64,000 bases of DNA from Candidatus Kerfeldbacteria bacterium (GCA_047946875.1 CP181398.1:841041-905040), one strand, 5' to 3'. Shown: positions 19,602 to 29,272, counted from the first letter of the stretch. Numbers and translations are program-made. Notes: generated by a model not told the origin, from the sequence alone.

Positions 19602-20525
19602 TTATATCATTTTATTTTTTTTAGCAAAATATATACTTCCTGCAACCATCCCACCCATAACAATAAAAATTATCCAAATACCTATCGGATGATTTGCAAA
19701 CGGTAATCCTGTCACATTCATTCCATAGATACTAGCTATTAAAGTAAGTGGCAACAAAGCAACCGAAATAATTGTTAATACCTGGATTACTTGATTTGTT
19801 TTTTGGTTAATAAAAGATTCATTTGTATTATATAGTCCATCAACTACTTCTCTATAATTATCTAAAGCTGACCACATATTCTCAATATAATCGTCAACAT
19901 CATCAAAATATGTAGATAAGACTTCAGTCAAAAAATCATTACGCATCTCTACAATCTTATCCATAATCTTTAACTGCGGATCCAGAATCCTACGTAAGTT
20001 TAGAATATTACGTCGACTAATAGCCAAATCTCTTGTTGCCTCTTTATTTTTGCCAGTATACACTTCATGTTCTACAACGGCTAATTGATTACCTATCTTA
20101 TTAACCACAGGTAAAGTTTTTCTAAATAGCACATCTAATATTTTATACAACAAATACCCCGAGCTGCCATCAAGAATATCTTGAGATATTTTTTTATTTA
20201 TTTTTTTTCTTGTTCGTAAGATTAAATTTTCTAAAAATCTATCTTTATCACCACTTAACGTAATCAAAAAATTACGCCCCAAAAAAACATTCAAAGGCTT
20301 AATATTAACTTTCTTTGTTTTTTTATTGTAAATTGGAAAGTGAAATATAATAAATAGATAATCTTTATAAATATCAATTTTTGGCCTCTGAACTCCCTCA
20401 CGACAATCCTTCAAATCCAAATGATGAAATTTATAATTCTTTTCTAAAAATCCAATATCCTCTCCAGTAACTGGACTAATATGTACCCAATTTAATTTTG
20501 GCAAATTAGCTACTTGTCGTGCCAT
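19602..20525 (-). CDS. corA: CorA family magnesium/cobalt transporter
   Basis: Two C-terminal TM helices with the YGMNV (GMN) signature. Confidence 0.85.
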   Translation of the reverse strand: MARQVANLPKLNWVHISPVTGEDIGFLEKNYKFHHLDLKDCREGVQRPKIDIYKDYLFIIFHFPIYNKKTKKVNIKPLNVFLGRNFLITLSGDKDRFLENLILRTRKKINKKISQDILDGSSGYLLYKILDVLFRKTLPVVNKIGNQLAVVEHEVYTGKNKEATRDLAISRRNILNLRRILDPQLKIMDKIVEMRNDFLTEVLSTYFDDVDDYIENMWSALDNYREVVDGLYNTNESFINQKTNQVIQVLTIISVALLPLTLIASIYGMNVTGLPFANHPIGIWIIFIVMGGMVAGSIYFAKKNKMI

Positions 20526-20664
20526 AAAAATTTCGATATAAAATAATCTATAGTTATTATACTATATATAAGTCTTTTTCGCCAAAAAAGAAGACCCACT
20601 TTAAAAATAGTGGATCTCTTATATATGAGTCGGAATTTTATACAGCTACCGCTGTTTTATTATC

Positions 20665-20814
20665 CTAGGAAGTCTTTATTGACTCACCTTCATCGTAAGG
20701 CGCTGTGTAATCACATCCATCAGTGGTACATTCAGTCTTACCATCCTTGGTAAACAATTTATTGTACCCACATCTTGGACATTTAACTGGGGGGTACGAA
20801 TTTAGAATCGTCAT
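20665..20814 (-). CDS. Small zinc-ribbon protein (49 aa), not in supplied ORF track
   Basis: rc translation MTILNSYPPVKCPRCGYNKLFTKDGKTECTTDGCDYTAPYDEGESIKTS. CPxCG...C..GC four-Cys ribbon. AGGAG-like RBS (ggagacttaaggATG). Confidence 0.45.
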   Translation of the reverse strand: MTILNSYPPVKCPRCGYNKLFTKDGKTECTTDGCDYTAPYDEGESIKTS

Positions 20815-20844
20815 CCTTAAGTCTCCTATTTTGGGTTGTTGTTT

Positions 20845-21174
20845 TTATTTGGTTTTTGTTATGACTTTATTTAAATCTTTTAATAATGGTTTCAAAGAAA
20901 TTCCATGAACCGATACACCAGCTTCAAGTGATTCATATGGCGATAACATACAGCCGACACAATGTAATCCGTATTGCATTAAAACTTCACTGGTTTGTGG
21001 GTATTTACTAACAAGCTCTCCCATCAAAATATCTTTAGTAATTTTATCTTTTTTTGATTTTTTAGTTTTTACAACATTCTTAGTTTTTGATTTTATAACT
21101 GACTTTTTTTTAGATATCTTTCCTTCTGCTTTTTTCTTAGTTATAATAACCTTAATTTTACTCACCATATTCAA
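20845..21174 (-). CDS. DUF1858-domain protein with Lys-rich N-terminal tail
   Basis: C-terminal KYPQTSEVLMQYGLHCVGCMLSPYESLEAG matches the DUF1858 (hybrid-cluster-associated redox disulfide) signature. Confidence 0.5.
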   Translation of the reverse strand: MNMVSKIKVIITKKKAEGKISKKKSVIKSKTKNVVKTKKSKKDKITKDILMGELVSKYPQTSEVLMQYGLHCVGCMLSPYESLEAGVSVHGISLKPLLKDLNKVITKTK

Positions 21175-21245
21175 ATTTACTTTATAATTATTTTGTAAAG
21201 CTTATTCTATAGATTAACTATACTATTGTCAATAGACTATTGATC

Positions 21246-21995
21246 CTATTCAATAAATAATAATAAAGCCATTATTCCGATACCGAATAAGAAAGAAATC
21301 ATTTGCAGAATTGATTTTTTCAAATTTTCTTCTTTTTTTAATTCAGGTATTAAATCCGCTGTAGCAATATAAATAAAGCCACCGATAGTTAGAGGAATAA
21401 TATATTCTTCTGCATTTGCAAAATGATCACCCATTAATAATACAGCAATAGCTCCCAAGATTGCCAAGGTAGCAGATAAGTAATTAAACAGCAAAGCTTT
21501 GACCTTAGAATATCCAGCATAAATCAAAATCCCAAAGTCTCCAATTTCTTGTGGTATTTCATGTAATAACACAGCGATCGTTGTAGCAATACCTAATGGA
21601 ATACTTACCATGAAACTACCAGCAATAATCATACCATCTATAAAATTATGCAATCCATCTCCAACCAAATTATTTATGGCTAGTGGATGTGGATGGTTTT
21701 CAGTTGTAGGTTCGTGGCAATGTCTCCAATGTAAATATTTTTCTAACATAAAGAACATTACAATCCCAGCTAATATTAAAAAAGGGGTTGTATATTCATA
21801 AGTAGCATTAGCAAAAGCTTCGGGTAATAAATGTATAAATGCTCCGCCCAATAAAGATCCAGCCGCAAAACTGACCAAGAATAATAAAGATTTCTTTAGT
21901 CTTTCCATGTTTGCAGACAACGTAAGAATCCCAATCAAGGATACTAAGCTAACAACGAAAACACTTAATAATGTATAAATCCAAACTTCTGTCAT
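21246..21995 (-). CDS. zupT: ZIP-family divalent metal (zinc) transporter, ZupT-like
   Basis: 8-TM protein with HNFIDG and HEIPQEIGDFGIL ZIP signature motifs. Confidence 0.8.
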   Translation of the reverse strand: MTEVWIYTLLSVFVVSLVSLIGILTLSANMERLKKSLLFLVSFAAGSLLGGAFIHLLPEAFANATYEYTTPFLILAGIVMFFMLEKYLHWRHCHEPTTENHPHPLAINNLVGDGLHNFIDGMIIAGSFMVSIPLGIATTIAVLLHEIPQEIGDFGILIYAGYSKVKALLFNYLSATLAILGAIAVLLMGDHFANAEEYIIPLTIGGFIYIATADLIPELKKEENLKKSILQMISFLFGIGIMALLLFIE

Positions 21996-22060
21996 AGATT
22001 ATATTATATCATAAATTAAAGATACTATCTGCCATATAAACCAAATAATTTTAAAGATTC

Positions 22061-22190
22061 TGAAATAAATTCAGAATGAGGAGGGATTTAATATTAACAT
22101 TTTTCATATTCCCTCATCCTAAATTTGATTCCTCCGGCCCGCTGAAAGCGGAGCCTCGCCGAAGGCAGGACGTGCAGGATCTCAAAAAAG
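22061..22190 (-). ncRNA. GC-rich structured element in the 5' leader of the ZIP transporter gene (candidate cis-regulatory RNA, function unknown)
   Basis: ~55% GC patch in a ~30% GC context. Several hairpins on the minus-strand RNA (CCGCUUUCAGCGG, GCCUUCGGC, GAUGAGGGA...UCCCUCCUCAUU, UCUGAA...UUCAGA). It lies between the YibE/F stop and the ZIP start. Confidence 0.3.
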
Positions 22191-22197
22191 AAGTAAA

Positions 22198-23307
22198 CTA
22201 ATTATTCTTTTTTATTTTAATATATTTAGATGCTAAAAACGTTGCCAATGGTATTGATAATACTAATCCAATGCTACCGGTTATCATCCTAACTATTTCA
22301 GTAGCAACCATCTCATTATTTATTACTTGGCTAAAAGTCAAAAATGGCGGCTGATTAATACTAAACAATATCAATAGAGGAAGAGCTGCTCCAGCATAAG
22401 CTAAAAATAATGTATTAACCATGGCACTCATATGAGTAATACCAATTTTCATTGATTTCTTATAAATATTCCTTGTAGATAATTCTGGATCTGTTTTTTT
22501 AAACTCTCTCACTAAACTAACTTGAGCAATAATAACATCATCCAAAACACCAAGCGAACCAATAATAATACCGGCCAATAATAATCCCTGCATATTAATC
22601 TCTACTCCAGATAAACTGGTAATAAATGCAGCCGCTTCATCATAACCAGTCAGATGAGTTAACGAAGTAACCCAGACTGACAGCAAACCAGTAAATATTA
22701 AAGCTATTAAAATAGAAATGACTGAAATAGTAGAAGTTTGATTGAATCCTTCCGTAATATATATAGCCAAAACTAGAATAAATAATGAACCAACGATACT
22801 AATAATCAATGGATTGCCACCATCTAATATCCTAGGAATAATAAAATACAAAATTATCACGAAAGTTAAGACCAATACAAATAAGGCACGCAAACCTTTT
22901 AATCGTCCAACCAATACTACTACCAAGGCAAAAATAAAAACTATCAAATATATTGATCCTTGGCGAACATAATCAATCACAAAAAATACATCTTTTCCAT
23001 CACTATCCTTGGTATAATCAACTATCACTTTATCACCCACTTCATACTCCACCGCTGATATTATCTCAAACTGAGTTCCATCAAATTCAAACTCTTTGTC
23101 TTCCCAATTACCATCCAGACCAATCAACTTTAACCTTTGCTGAACTATAGTAGATCCTTCTTCACTAGTAACATTTTTCTGGCCAATTACTTCCAACACC
23201 CTAGCCTTAAAAGTTTCATCTGCAGTCACAGGCTCTTCTTGAGCATTAGTAAAGAATGGTACAAATAATACCAAGGTAATAATAATAAATAATAATATTC
23301 GCTTCAT
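22198..23307 (-). CDS. YibE/F-family membrane protein
   Basis: Signal peptide, ~120-aa extracytoplasmic domain, then a polytopic membrane domain. Layout resembles YibE/F. Confidence 0.4.
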   Translation of the reverse strand: MKRILLFIIITLVLFVPFFTNAQEEPVTADETFKARVLEVIGQKNVTSEEGSTIVQQRLKLIGLDGNWEDKEFEFDGTQFEIISAVEYEVGDKVIVDYTKDSDGKDVFFVIDYVRQGSIYLIVFIFALVVVLVGRLKGLRALFVLVLTFVIILYFIIPRILDGGNPLIISIVGSLFILVLAIYITEGFNQTSTISVISILIALIFTGLLSVWVTSLTHLTGYDEAAAFITSLSGVEINMQGLLLAGIIIGSLGVLDDVIIAQVSLVREFKKTDPELSTRNIYKKSMKIGITHMSAMVNTLFLAYAGAALPLLILFSINQPPFLTFSQVINNEMVATEIVRMITGSIGLVLSIPLATFLASKYIKIKKNN

Positions 23308-23403
23308 ATAATAAGTAGTAAATTATAATAAAATAATAGCAGGTTTACCATAATAATCAAATAAATACTTGCCCATAAATATAAAGCATGTTAATTTGAT
23401 AAT

Positions 23404-24273
23404 ATGCAAAACGCGCATTTTACCCCACCACAACTAGCCCCTCTTTTTGGAGTTAACGTCTCCACTATAAAGAGGTGGGCAGAAAAAGGATATTTACCCA
23501 CTCATACCACTCCGGGTGGTCATAGACGTATAAGTAAAGATCAATTATCAGAATTCATTACTAAGTACCCTAAACATGCAAAGAATTCATACGTGCTTAA
23601 AAGATTGTTGAAAAAAGATTACTGTCCTGATAATAAATGCTGGAAACAATATTACCAATATCTAAAACATAATGATAATACCAAGGCTATCCAATTACTT
23701 GAAAAACAATTCTTAAGTGGTGCTTCTATTATCAATATTTTAAAAACAATAATCACTCCCACCCTAAGGCACTTAGGACAAGAGTGGACCAAAAATAATA
23801 TTACTGTATTTGATGAGCATCGAATAAGTTTTAATATGCGAGTTCATCTGATGAGATTAGATCAATTGATTCCTGACAAAACTACAAATAAATCTCTAAA
23901 TACTATTCTTGCTTGTGCTCCAGGAGAATATCATGAACTGCCTCTCCAATTAGTAGCTCTAATCTTTAAACTTAATGGATGGTATACTCATATTTTAGGA
24001 GTTAATATTAAAATTGTGGACCTACTCAAAACCGCAAAGAAAATAAAACCAGAAGTTATAGTCATAAGCAAAACTTATACCAAAAAAACATCAGCTGCCT
24101 ATTTTAATAAGCTTGGTAGTTTTATGGATGAAAATAACATCTGCATAGCTATGGGCGGAGGTGCCTGGGAAAAAGAAACTAACAGTAAATTTGTACGTAA
24201 TCGAAAATGCGCTAAATATTTTCCTGCCTTAAAACTTTTTAGCGATTTCCTTGCTGATTATAAACGAAAATAA
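23404..24273 (+). CDS. CarH/LitR-like regulator: MerR-type HTH fused to a B12-binding domain
   Basis: N-terminal MerR HTH (PQLAPLFGVNVSTIKRWAEKGYLPTHTTPGGHRRISKDQL). Helix bundle IITPTLRHLGQEWTKNNITVFDEHRISFNMR typical of B12-binding-2 domains. Rossmann B12 motif CAPGEYHELPLQLVALIFKLNGW (ExHExG variant, as in CarH). Confidence 0.6.
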   Translation: MQNAHFTPPQLAPLFGVNVSTIKRWAEKGYLPTHTTPGGHRRISKDQLSEFITKYPKHAKNSYVLKRLLKKDYCPDNKCWKQYYQYLKHNDNTKAIQLLEKQFLSGASIINILKTIITPTLRHLGQEWTKNNITVFDEHRISFNMRVHLMRLDQLIPDKTTNKSLNTILACAPGEYHELPLQLVALIFKLNGWYTHILGVNIKIVDLLKTAKKIKPEVIVISKTYTKKTSAAYFNKLGSFMDENNICIAMGGGAWEKETNSKFVRNRKCAKYFPALKLFSDFLADYKRK

Positions 24274-24329
24274 AAAAGAACGTCGCTCGTGCAACATCCT
24301 TATAAGATCCAAGTTGACGCAGGATGTGG

Positions 24330-24692
24330 TTAGATTTTCTTCCCATCCTGAAGTTCGTTGTCAGTACCGACATTTTGACGGGAGTGTCCATCATCCTCTT
24401 CCACTACATGGTACACCTTCATACCGACTTTGAATTGCCCTCCGATCGACGAACCAATTTTTATCCCACACTGATCACCTACTTTCACCTCGGTTACCTG
24501 TTGGTGATCGATCTCGATTGAGTCAGTGATAATAGTTGAGTCGTTCTCACCAGAGTCATCCAGCTTGAAGCAAAGCTTGGCTCCTTTTTCGAAGCCGATG
24601 CCTGTTACTTTAACACCAACACATTGAAGGTCGTAATACAACGCATCAACAGTGCCGATAAGTGTCATGTTATCACTGGACGATTTGTTCAT
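24330..24692 (-). CDS. Small beta-barrel protein resembling translation-factor domain 2 (EF-Tu D2-like), in a GC-elevated patch
   Basis: LIGTVDALYYDLQCVGVKVTG...VKVGDQCGIKIGSSIGGQFKVGMKV resembles the EF-Tu/IF2 domain-2 barrel. Local GC is about 45% against the ~30% background. Confidence 0.35.
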   Translation of the reverse strand: MNKSSSDNMTLIGTVDALYYDLQCVGVKVTGIGFEKGAKLCFKLDDSGENDSTIITDSIEIDHQQVTEVKVGDQCGIKIGSSIGGQFKVGMKVYHVVEEDDGHSRQNVGTDNELQDGKKI

Positions 24693-24812
24693 GATGTCCT
24701 CCTCTTTTTTTGGAGTTCTTGATTTTTGGTTTACTTATTTTATATTTATATTATATGTAAATAACAACTAATTGTGAATAATAACATGGTCACTTGTTTT
24801 TGTCAATACTAG

Positions 24813-26570
24813 CTAATCAATATTCGTTTCCTGTGTTGCCTGTTGTTGTCTCCACATAGCGTAATACAATCCACCTTCTTTTACTAATTGCTGGTGATTC
24901 CCTTGCTCTACTATTTTACCTTTTTCTAATACATAAATAACGTCCGCATGAGCAATGGTTGATAATCTATGCGCGACCAACACCGTGATCAAATCAGGAC
25001 GACTTTTCTCTATATCTCTAATAGTTTCTGTAATTGATTTTTCAGTAATAGAGTCCAGACTACTAGTTGCCTCATCGAATATTATTAAATCAGGATTACG
25101 AAGTAAAGCTCTGGCAATAGCAAGACGTTGTTTTTCGCCGCCTGAAATTTTTATACCCCCTTCACCTATCTTCGTATTTAAACCCTTATCGCCTCTATTA
25201 AGAATTGGCATGGCTACAGCTGATTCCAAAGCATCTAAACATTCCTGATCAGTTGCTTTAGGATTCACAAATAATAAATTCTCCCTAATTGTCCCAGCAA
25301 ATAATTGCGTTTCCTGGGCAACTAAACCAATTCTTTTCCTAAAAGCTTCAAAATCTATTTTTCTAGAATTTATTTTATTATAATTTATTTCACCATCAGT
25401 AGGTATGTAAAGTCCAGCCAATAATTTCATCATGGTGGTTTTACCTGATCCCGACGGGCCCACAAAAGCTACTGTTTTACCTGAGTTAATTGTAATGTCT
25501 ACATTTTTTAATGCATCATCATTTGTTCCATTATACTGAAAATTGACATTACTAAATTGTATCTCTTCTAATTTACCAACTGTTTCAGGATTATCAGGCT
25601 TAACATCTGGTTTAACATCTAACACTTCTTGTAGTAGCTTACTACTAGCCTTAGCCTCCTGATACTGAGTTGCAACATTACCTAATTCCGCTAAGGGAGA
25701 AAAAATAAAAAATGAATAAATATACAAACTTAAAAATTCACCTAGACTTACATTTCCTTGAAATATCAACCAAAGCATCAGCAGTAACAAAAGCGATCTC
25801 AATGCATTAATAGCTGTGCCTTGTGTAAAGCTTAATTTTCTAACAAGTACAACTTTTTTTAATTCTAACTTTAAAATTTTATCATTAGTAAGATTCAATC
25901 TTTCAATCTCCTGTTGTTCTAAACCTAAACTTTTAACCAATTCTACATTACGTAAAGTTTCTGTAGTGGCTCCAGCCATCGCTGCTGATTCTTTAACGAT
26001 TTGCTCTTGTGCATTCTTGATCCTTTTGCTCAGAATATAAGTTATCGTACCTAAAATAGGTATGATCAAAAAATAAGCCAAACCTATTATCCAGTGTACG
26101 ATAGATGCATAAATAATAACAAACGTTATCCCAATTAAAGATAGAATCAAAATATTAATAATACTTTTAACCAAGGCTTGAGCATCGGTTCTTGCCTTTT
26201 CTAATTTCTGTAATAATTCTCCCGAACGTTGATCTTCAAATGCTGCAAAAGGTAGGGAGAAAGAATGTCTAATACTATCAGCGTACATTTTTGCACCAAG
26301 TTTTTCTGTAATTACATTTACATAATAATCTTGGAAATTCTTGGCTATCCTCGATACCAAAGCTACTCCCACCGAAGCCAATAAAAGTAAAACGACTCCC
26401 GTCAAAAATTCGTTTTTTGATAGCTCTTCATATTTACTAGCAAAATTATCCACGATCATTCTAAATATCTGTGGATCCATTAAAGAGAAAACCTGATTGA
26501 TAGTAGCTAATACTATCGCACCAAATAATGTCTTTCTATATTGTTTTAAATATTTCCAAATTAACTTCAT
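24813..26570 (-). CDS. ABC transporter, fused permease/ATPase (MsbA/multidrug-exporter type)
   Basis: 6-TM N-terminal domain. Walker A GPSGSGKTT. ABC signature LSGGEKQRLAIARAL. Walker B IIFDEATS. Confidence 0.85.
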   Translation of the reverse strand: MKLIWKYLKQYRKTLFGAIVLATINQVFSLMDPQIFRMIVDNFASKYEELSKNEFLTGVVLLLLASVGVALVSRIAKNFQDYYVNVITEKLGAKMYADSIRHSFSLPFAAFEDQRSGELLQKLEKARTDAQALVKSIINILILSLIGITFVIIYASIVHWIIGLAYFLIIPILGTITYILSKRIKNAQEQIVKESAAMAGATTETLRNVELVKSLGLEQQEIERLNLTNDKILKLELKKVVLVRKLSFTQGTAINALRSLLLLLMLWLIFQGNVSLGEFLSLYIYSFFIFSPLAELGNVATQYQEAKASSKLLQEVLDVKPDVKPDNPETVGKLEEIQFSNVNFQYNGTNDDALKNVDITINSGKTVAFVGPSGSGKTTMMKLLAGLYIPTDGEINYNKINSRKIDFEAFRKRIGLVAQETQLFAGTIRENLLFVNPKATDQECLDALESAVAMPILNRGDKGLNTKIGEGGIKISGGEKQRLAIARALLRNPDLIIFDEATSSLDSITEKSITETIRDIEKSRPDLITVLVAHRLSTIAHADVIYVLEKGKIVEQGNHQQLVKEGGLYYAMWRQQQATQETNID

Positions 26571-26643
26571 AATCTCAGCTTGAATAATAAAAAGTATAGC
26601 TAATTTTTACTTAGCAAGTCAAACCGTGCCATTGATAGCTTGT

Positions 26644-28431
26644 CTATAAATCTTCTGGCTCAATAATTCTTACTTGAGGGCCTGCATTGGACCTCGGTAC
26701 TACAATAATTTCTTCTATTCCATCATTATCAACATCCGCACCGCCAACCTGTACTCCTCCTAGATAACTAGAGACAAAAGCATAAAAACTATTAGTTTCT
26801 ACTTCTTGGATGTTATATACCTTTACTAACGGAGTTGCATCTTCTCCAACTCCGACCAATAATTCTTTAATTCCATCGCCATCCAAATCCAGACCACCCA
26901 CATCAACTCCTCCACGATATTCACTACTAAACGCATAGAATCCAGGTGATAAGCGATGAATATTATTCTGTCTTATTTGAAATATTTGAATATGTGGTGC
27001 ACCAAATTGAGGACCAGTAACTATTTCTTCTTTACCATCCCCGTCCATATCTATTGTACTAACATTAATACCCCCTCGAAAATTCTGATCATAGGCCATG
27101 AAATTAGCTAATATTCTGCCATTCAAATCATAAACTAATACATGTGGTCCACCACCAGCCATAGCCGATACGACAATCTCACTAATTCCATCGCCATGTA
27201 TATCGCCACATGATAGATTTACTCCTCCAGTGAATTTACCATCTAATACATAGAATCCTTCATTTATTATATTTCCATATCCATCAAATATCTTTACCAA
27301 CGGCCAACCCCCTTTACCTTGGGCGGTTATTATTTCTTCATAACCATCTCCATTTACATCACAAGCTGAAATAGATACCCCATTTCTTAGAGTGCTGTCG
27401 TAAGCAAAAAACTGCGCCATAACATTACCATCACCGTCAAAAACTCGGATCTGTGGGGAGCTACCAGAATCCGTACCAATTATTACTTCTTCATTATCAG
27501 TGCCAATAACATTGCCACCAGACAATTTAAATCCCCCAACCAAACCTGGGTCATAAGCAAAAAATGATTGAGCATCTACAACTGGATCTTGGTATTCCTC
27601 AGTATCAATAAATACTATAGTATTGGGCAAAGTACGACCTGGACCCACCTTAAATAATCCATCAAAATATAATGCTGAAGAACCACCACCATCTAAATTC
27701 ATAGCGTATTCCAATTCCATTGCCTGCATAATATAGCCTAGATCTAATACTGTAGCTCCCGAAGCAACGACCAAATATGCATTGTTGCCCAAGAATCCAA
27801 TCCCCGACCTATTTGATTTTACTGTTCTTTGTTTGTTATCCAACTGATCGTCACTAACAATAAATTCACCTGCAAATATAAGGCCTGGCCCATTAGAAAT
27901 TGCAGCTTGTAAAGTTACATTCTCCCTACTTTCAAATTCCTCACGTCCTGGCCAATCAACTCCTGTACGAAAATAGTGTACATTGTTATTGGTATCGAAA
28001 GCTATCACTGGCCCTTGATTGAATTGATTCTGATATGAATTAGCAAAATTACCAGTGACCGTATCAAACCACATCCAATAAAAAGACCCTTCTATTCCAG
28101 CACAAGACATATAATCTGCTGGACAAAAATAACTACCATTAATGGCAGCAAAAGCATTGTGATCATTTATATACGTTTGTACTGACTGAGTTGGTCCCGG
28201 TACATTTAACCTTTCACCAGATACAGGTGTTAAAGATTTTATACTTAGGCTGGGATTAGAAAGATTTATTTCTATTTGATTGATAGCAAAAGAACCTACC
28301 GATGTATCAATAGTTCTAGCTGTCCACGATGAATCTACCCCAACCAATGCATCTACTGGTAAAGCTAAAAGCATGAAACCAGTTATAAGTATTAATAATT
28401 GTAGTTTATTTTTTTTGTTTATGTATTCCAT
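26644..28431 (-). CDS. Secreted phosphodiester glycosidase-domain (DUF2233-like) protein with five C-terminal FG-GAP/VCBS-like repeats
   Basis: Signal peptide from the internal Met (MEYINKKNKLQLLILITGFMLLALPVDA). NGSYF and MNLDGGGSSALY motifs. Five ~50-aa repeats with the D.DGDG..EI signature. Confidence 0.55.
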   Translation of the reverse strand: MEYINKKNKLQLLILITGFMLLALPVDALVGVDSSWTARTIDTSVGSFAINQIEINLSNPSLSIKSLTPVSGERLNVPGPTQSVQTYINDHNAFAAINGSYFCPADYMSCAGIEGSFYWMWFDTVTGNFANSYQNQFNQGPVIAFDTNNNVHYFRTGVDWPGREEFESRENVTLQAAISNGPGLIFAGEFIVSDDQLDNKQRTVKSNRSGIGFLGNNAYLVVASGATVLDLGYIMQAMELEYAMNLDGGGSSALYFDGLFKVGPGRTLPNTIVFIDTEEYQDPVVDAQSFFAYDPGLVGGFKLSGGNVIGTDNEEVIIGTDSGSSPQIRVFDGDGNVMAQFFAYDSTLRNGVSISACDVNGDGYEEIITAQGKGGWPLVKIFDGYGNIINEGFYVLDGKFTGGVNLSCGDIHGDGISEIVVSAMAGGGPHVLVYDLNGRILANFMAYDQNFRGGINVSTIDMDGDGKEEIVTGPQFGAPHIQIFQIRQNNIHRLSPGFYAFSSEYRGGVDVGGLDLDGDGIKELLVGVGEDATPLVKVYNIQEVETNSFYAFVSSYLGGVQVGGADVDNDGIEEIIVVPRSNAGPQVRIIEPEDL

Positions 28432-29206
28432 AAAAAAATATTGCCGCAGCACTGGCGACGTTAAGCGATTCAATATCGCCATCCATACCGATAGTAACAA
28501 TCTCATTAGATAAATCTACAATCTCTTTATCTACCCCATGAGATTCATTTCCTAATACCAAACAAAATTTTTCTTCTTGTTTCAAAATATCGATTGATTC
28601 TCCCTCAATCATTCCAGTCGAATATATTTTCATTATTGATTTAATATCATTCAGAACCTTGAGATTATTATCAAAAGAAAAATTAACTTTAAGTATTGAG
28701 TCCTTTGCCGCCTGAATAGTTTTGTAATTATATAAATCTACACACTTTTCATCGAGTACAAAATTCTTTATTCCAAAAGCTAAGCCAGATCTCAAAATCG
28801 TACCCAAGTTACCTGGATCACTAATATTATTTAGATAAATAATATTATCATTCTGATCAAGTAAGTTAGTTTGCTTATCATAGATAGCACAAATACCAGG
28901 CGGAGTATCTAAATTCGAAAAAGAATTATTAATTTTTTGATTAATTATGTAATACTCATTTATATCTGCTGTGTTTAATATTTTCTCAACCCACTCTTCA
29001 TTCTTATTCAAAAAATCTTCTGTTATAAATAAATCTTTAAACTTTATCCCAGCTTCTTCTGCATCATTAATAATAACCATATTTTCAATAAAAAACTGGC
29101 TAGTTTCATTACGAAATTTCTTTTTATTCAATTTACGTAATAATTTTATTTTATTATTATCAGCTGACTCAATTACAATTTCATTCATACTATTATCATT
29201 ATACAA
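28406..29206 (-). CDS. SpoU/TrmH-family RNA 2'-O-methyltransferase
   Basis: SPOUT motif ISDPGNLGTILRSGLAFGI. The C-terminus overlaps the upstream gene start by ~26 nt. Confidence 0.7.
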   Translation of the reverse strand: MYNDNSMNEIVIESADNNKIKLLRKLNKKKFRNETSQFFIENMVIINDAEEAGIKFKDLFITEDFLNKNEEWVEKILNTADINEYYIINQKINNSFSNLDTPPGICAIYDKQTNLLDQNDNIIYLNNISDPGNLGTILRSGLAFGIKNFVLDEKCVDLYNYKTIQAAKDSILKVNFSFDNNLKVLNDIKSIMKIYSTGMIEGESIDILKQEEKFCLVLGNESHGVDKEIVDLSNEIVTIGMDGDIESLNVASAAAIFFYGIHKQKK

Positions 29207-29272
29207 TATTAATCAATTTTTTACGAAAAAAAACCACAACATAATATCATAGTTAGTCTAGACAAACCAATA

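Noticed and set aside
20590-20660. Possible hairpin (cccacttt...agtggatc) downstream of corA as a terminator
   Set aside because: The stem is short and imperfect with no convincing U-run, so it was left unannotated.
22742-23150. Plus-strand ORFs 22742..22972 and 22953..23150
   Set aside because: They are antisense to the YibE/F-like membrane protein gene.
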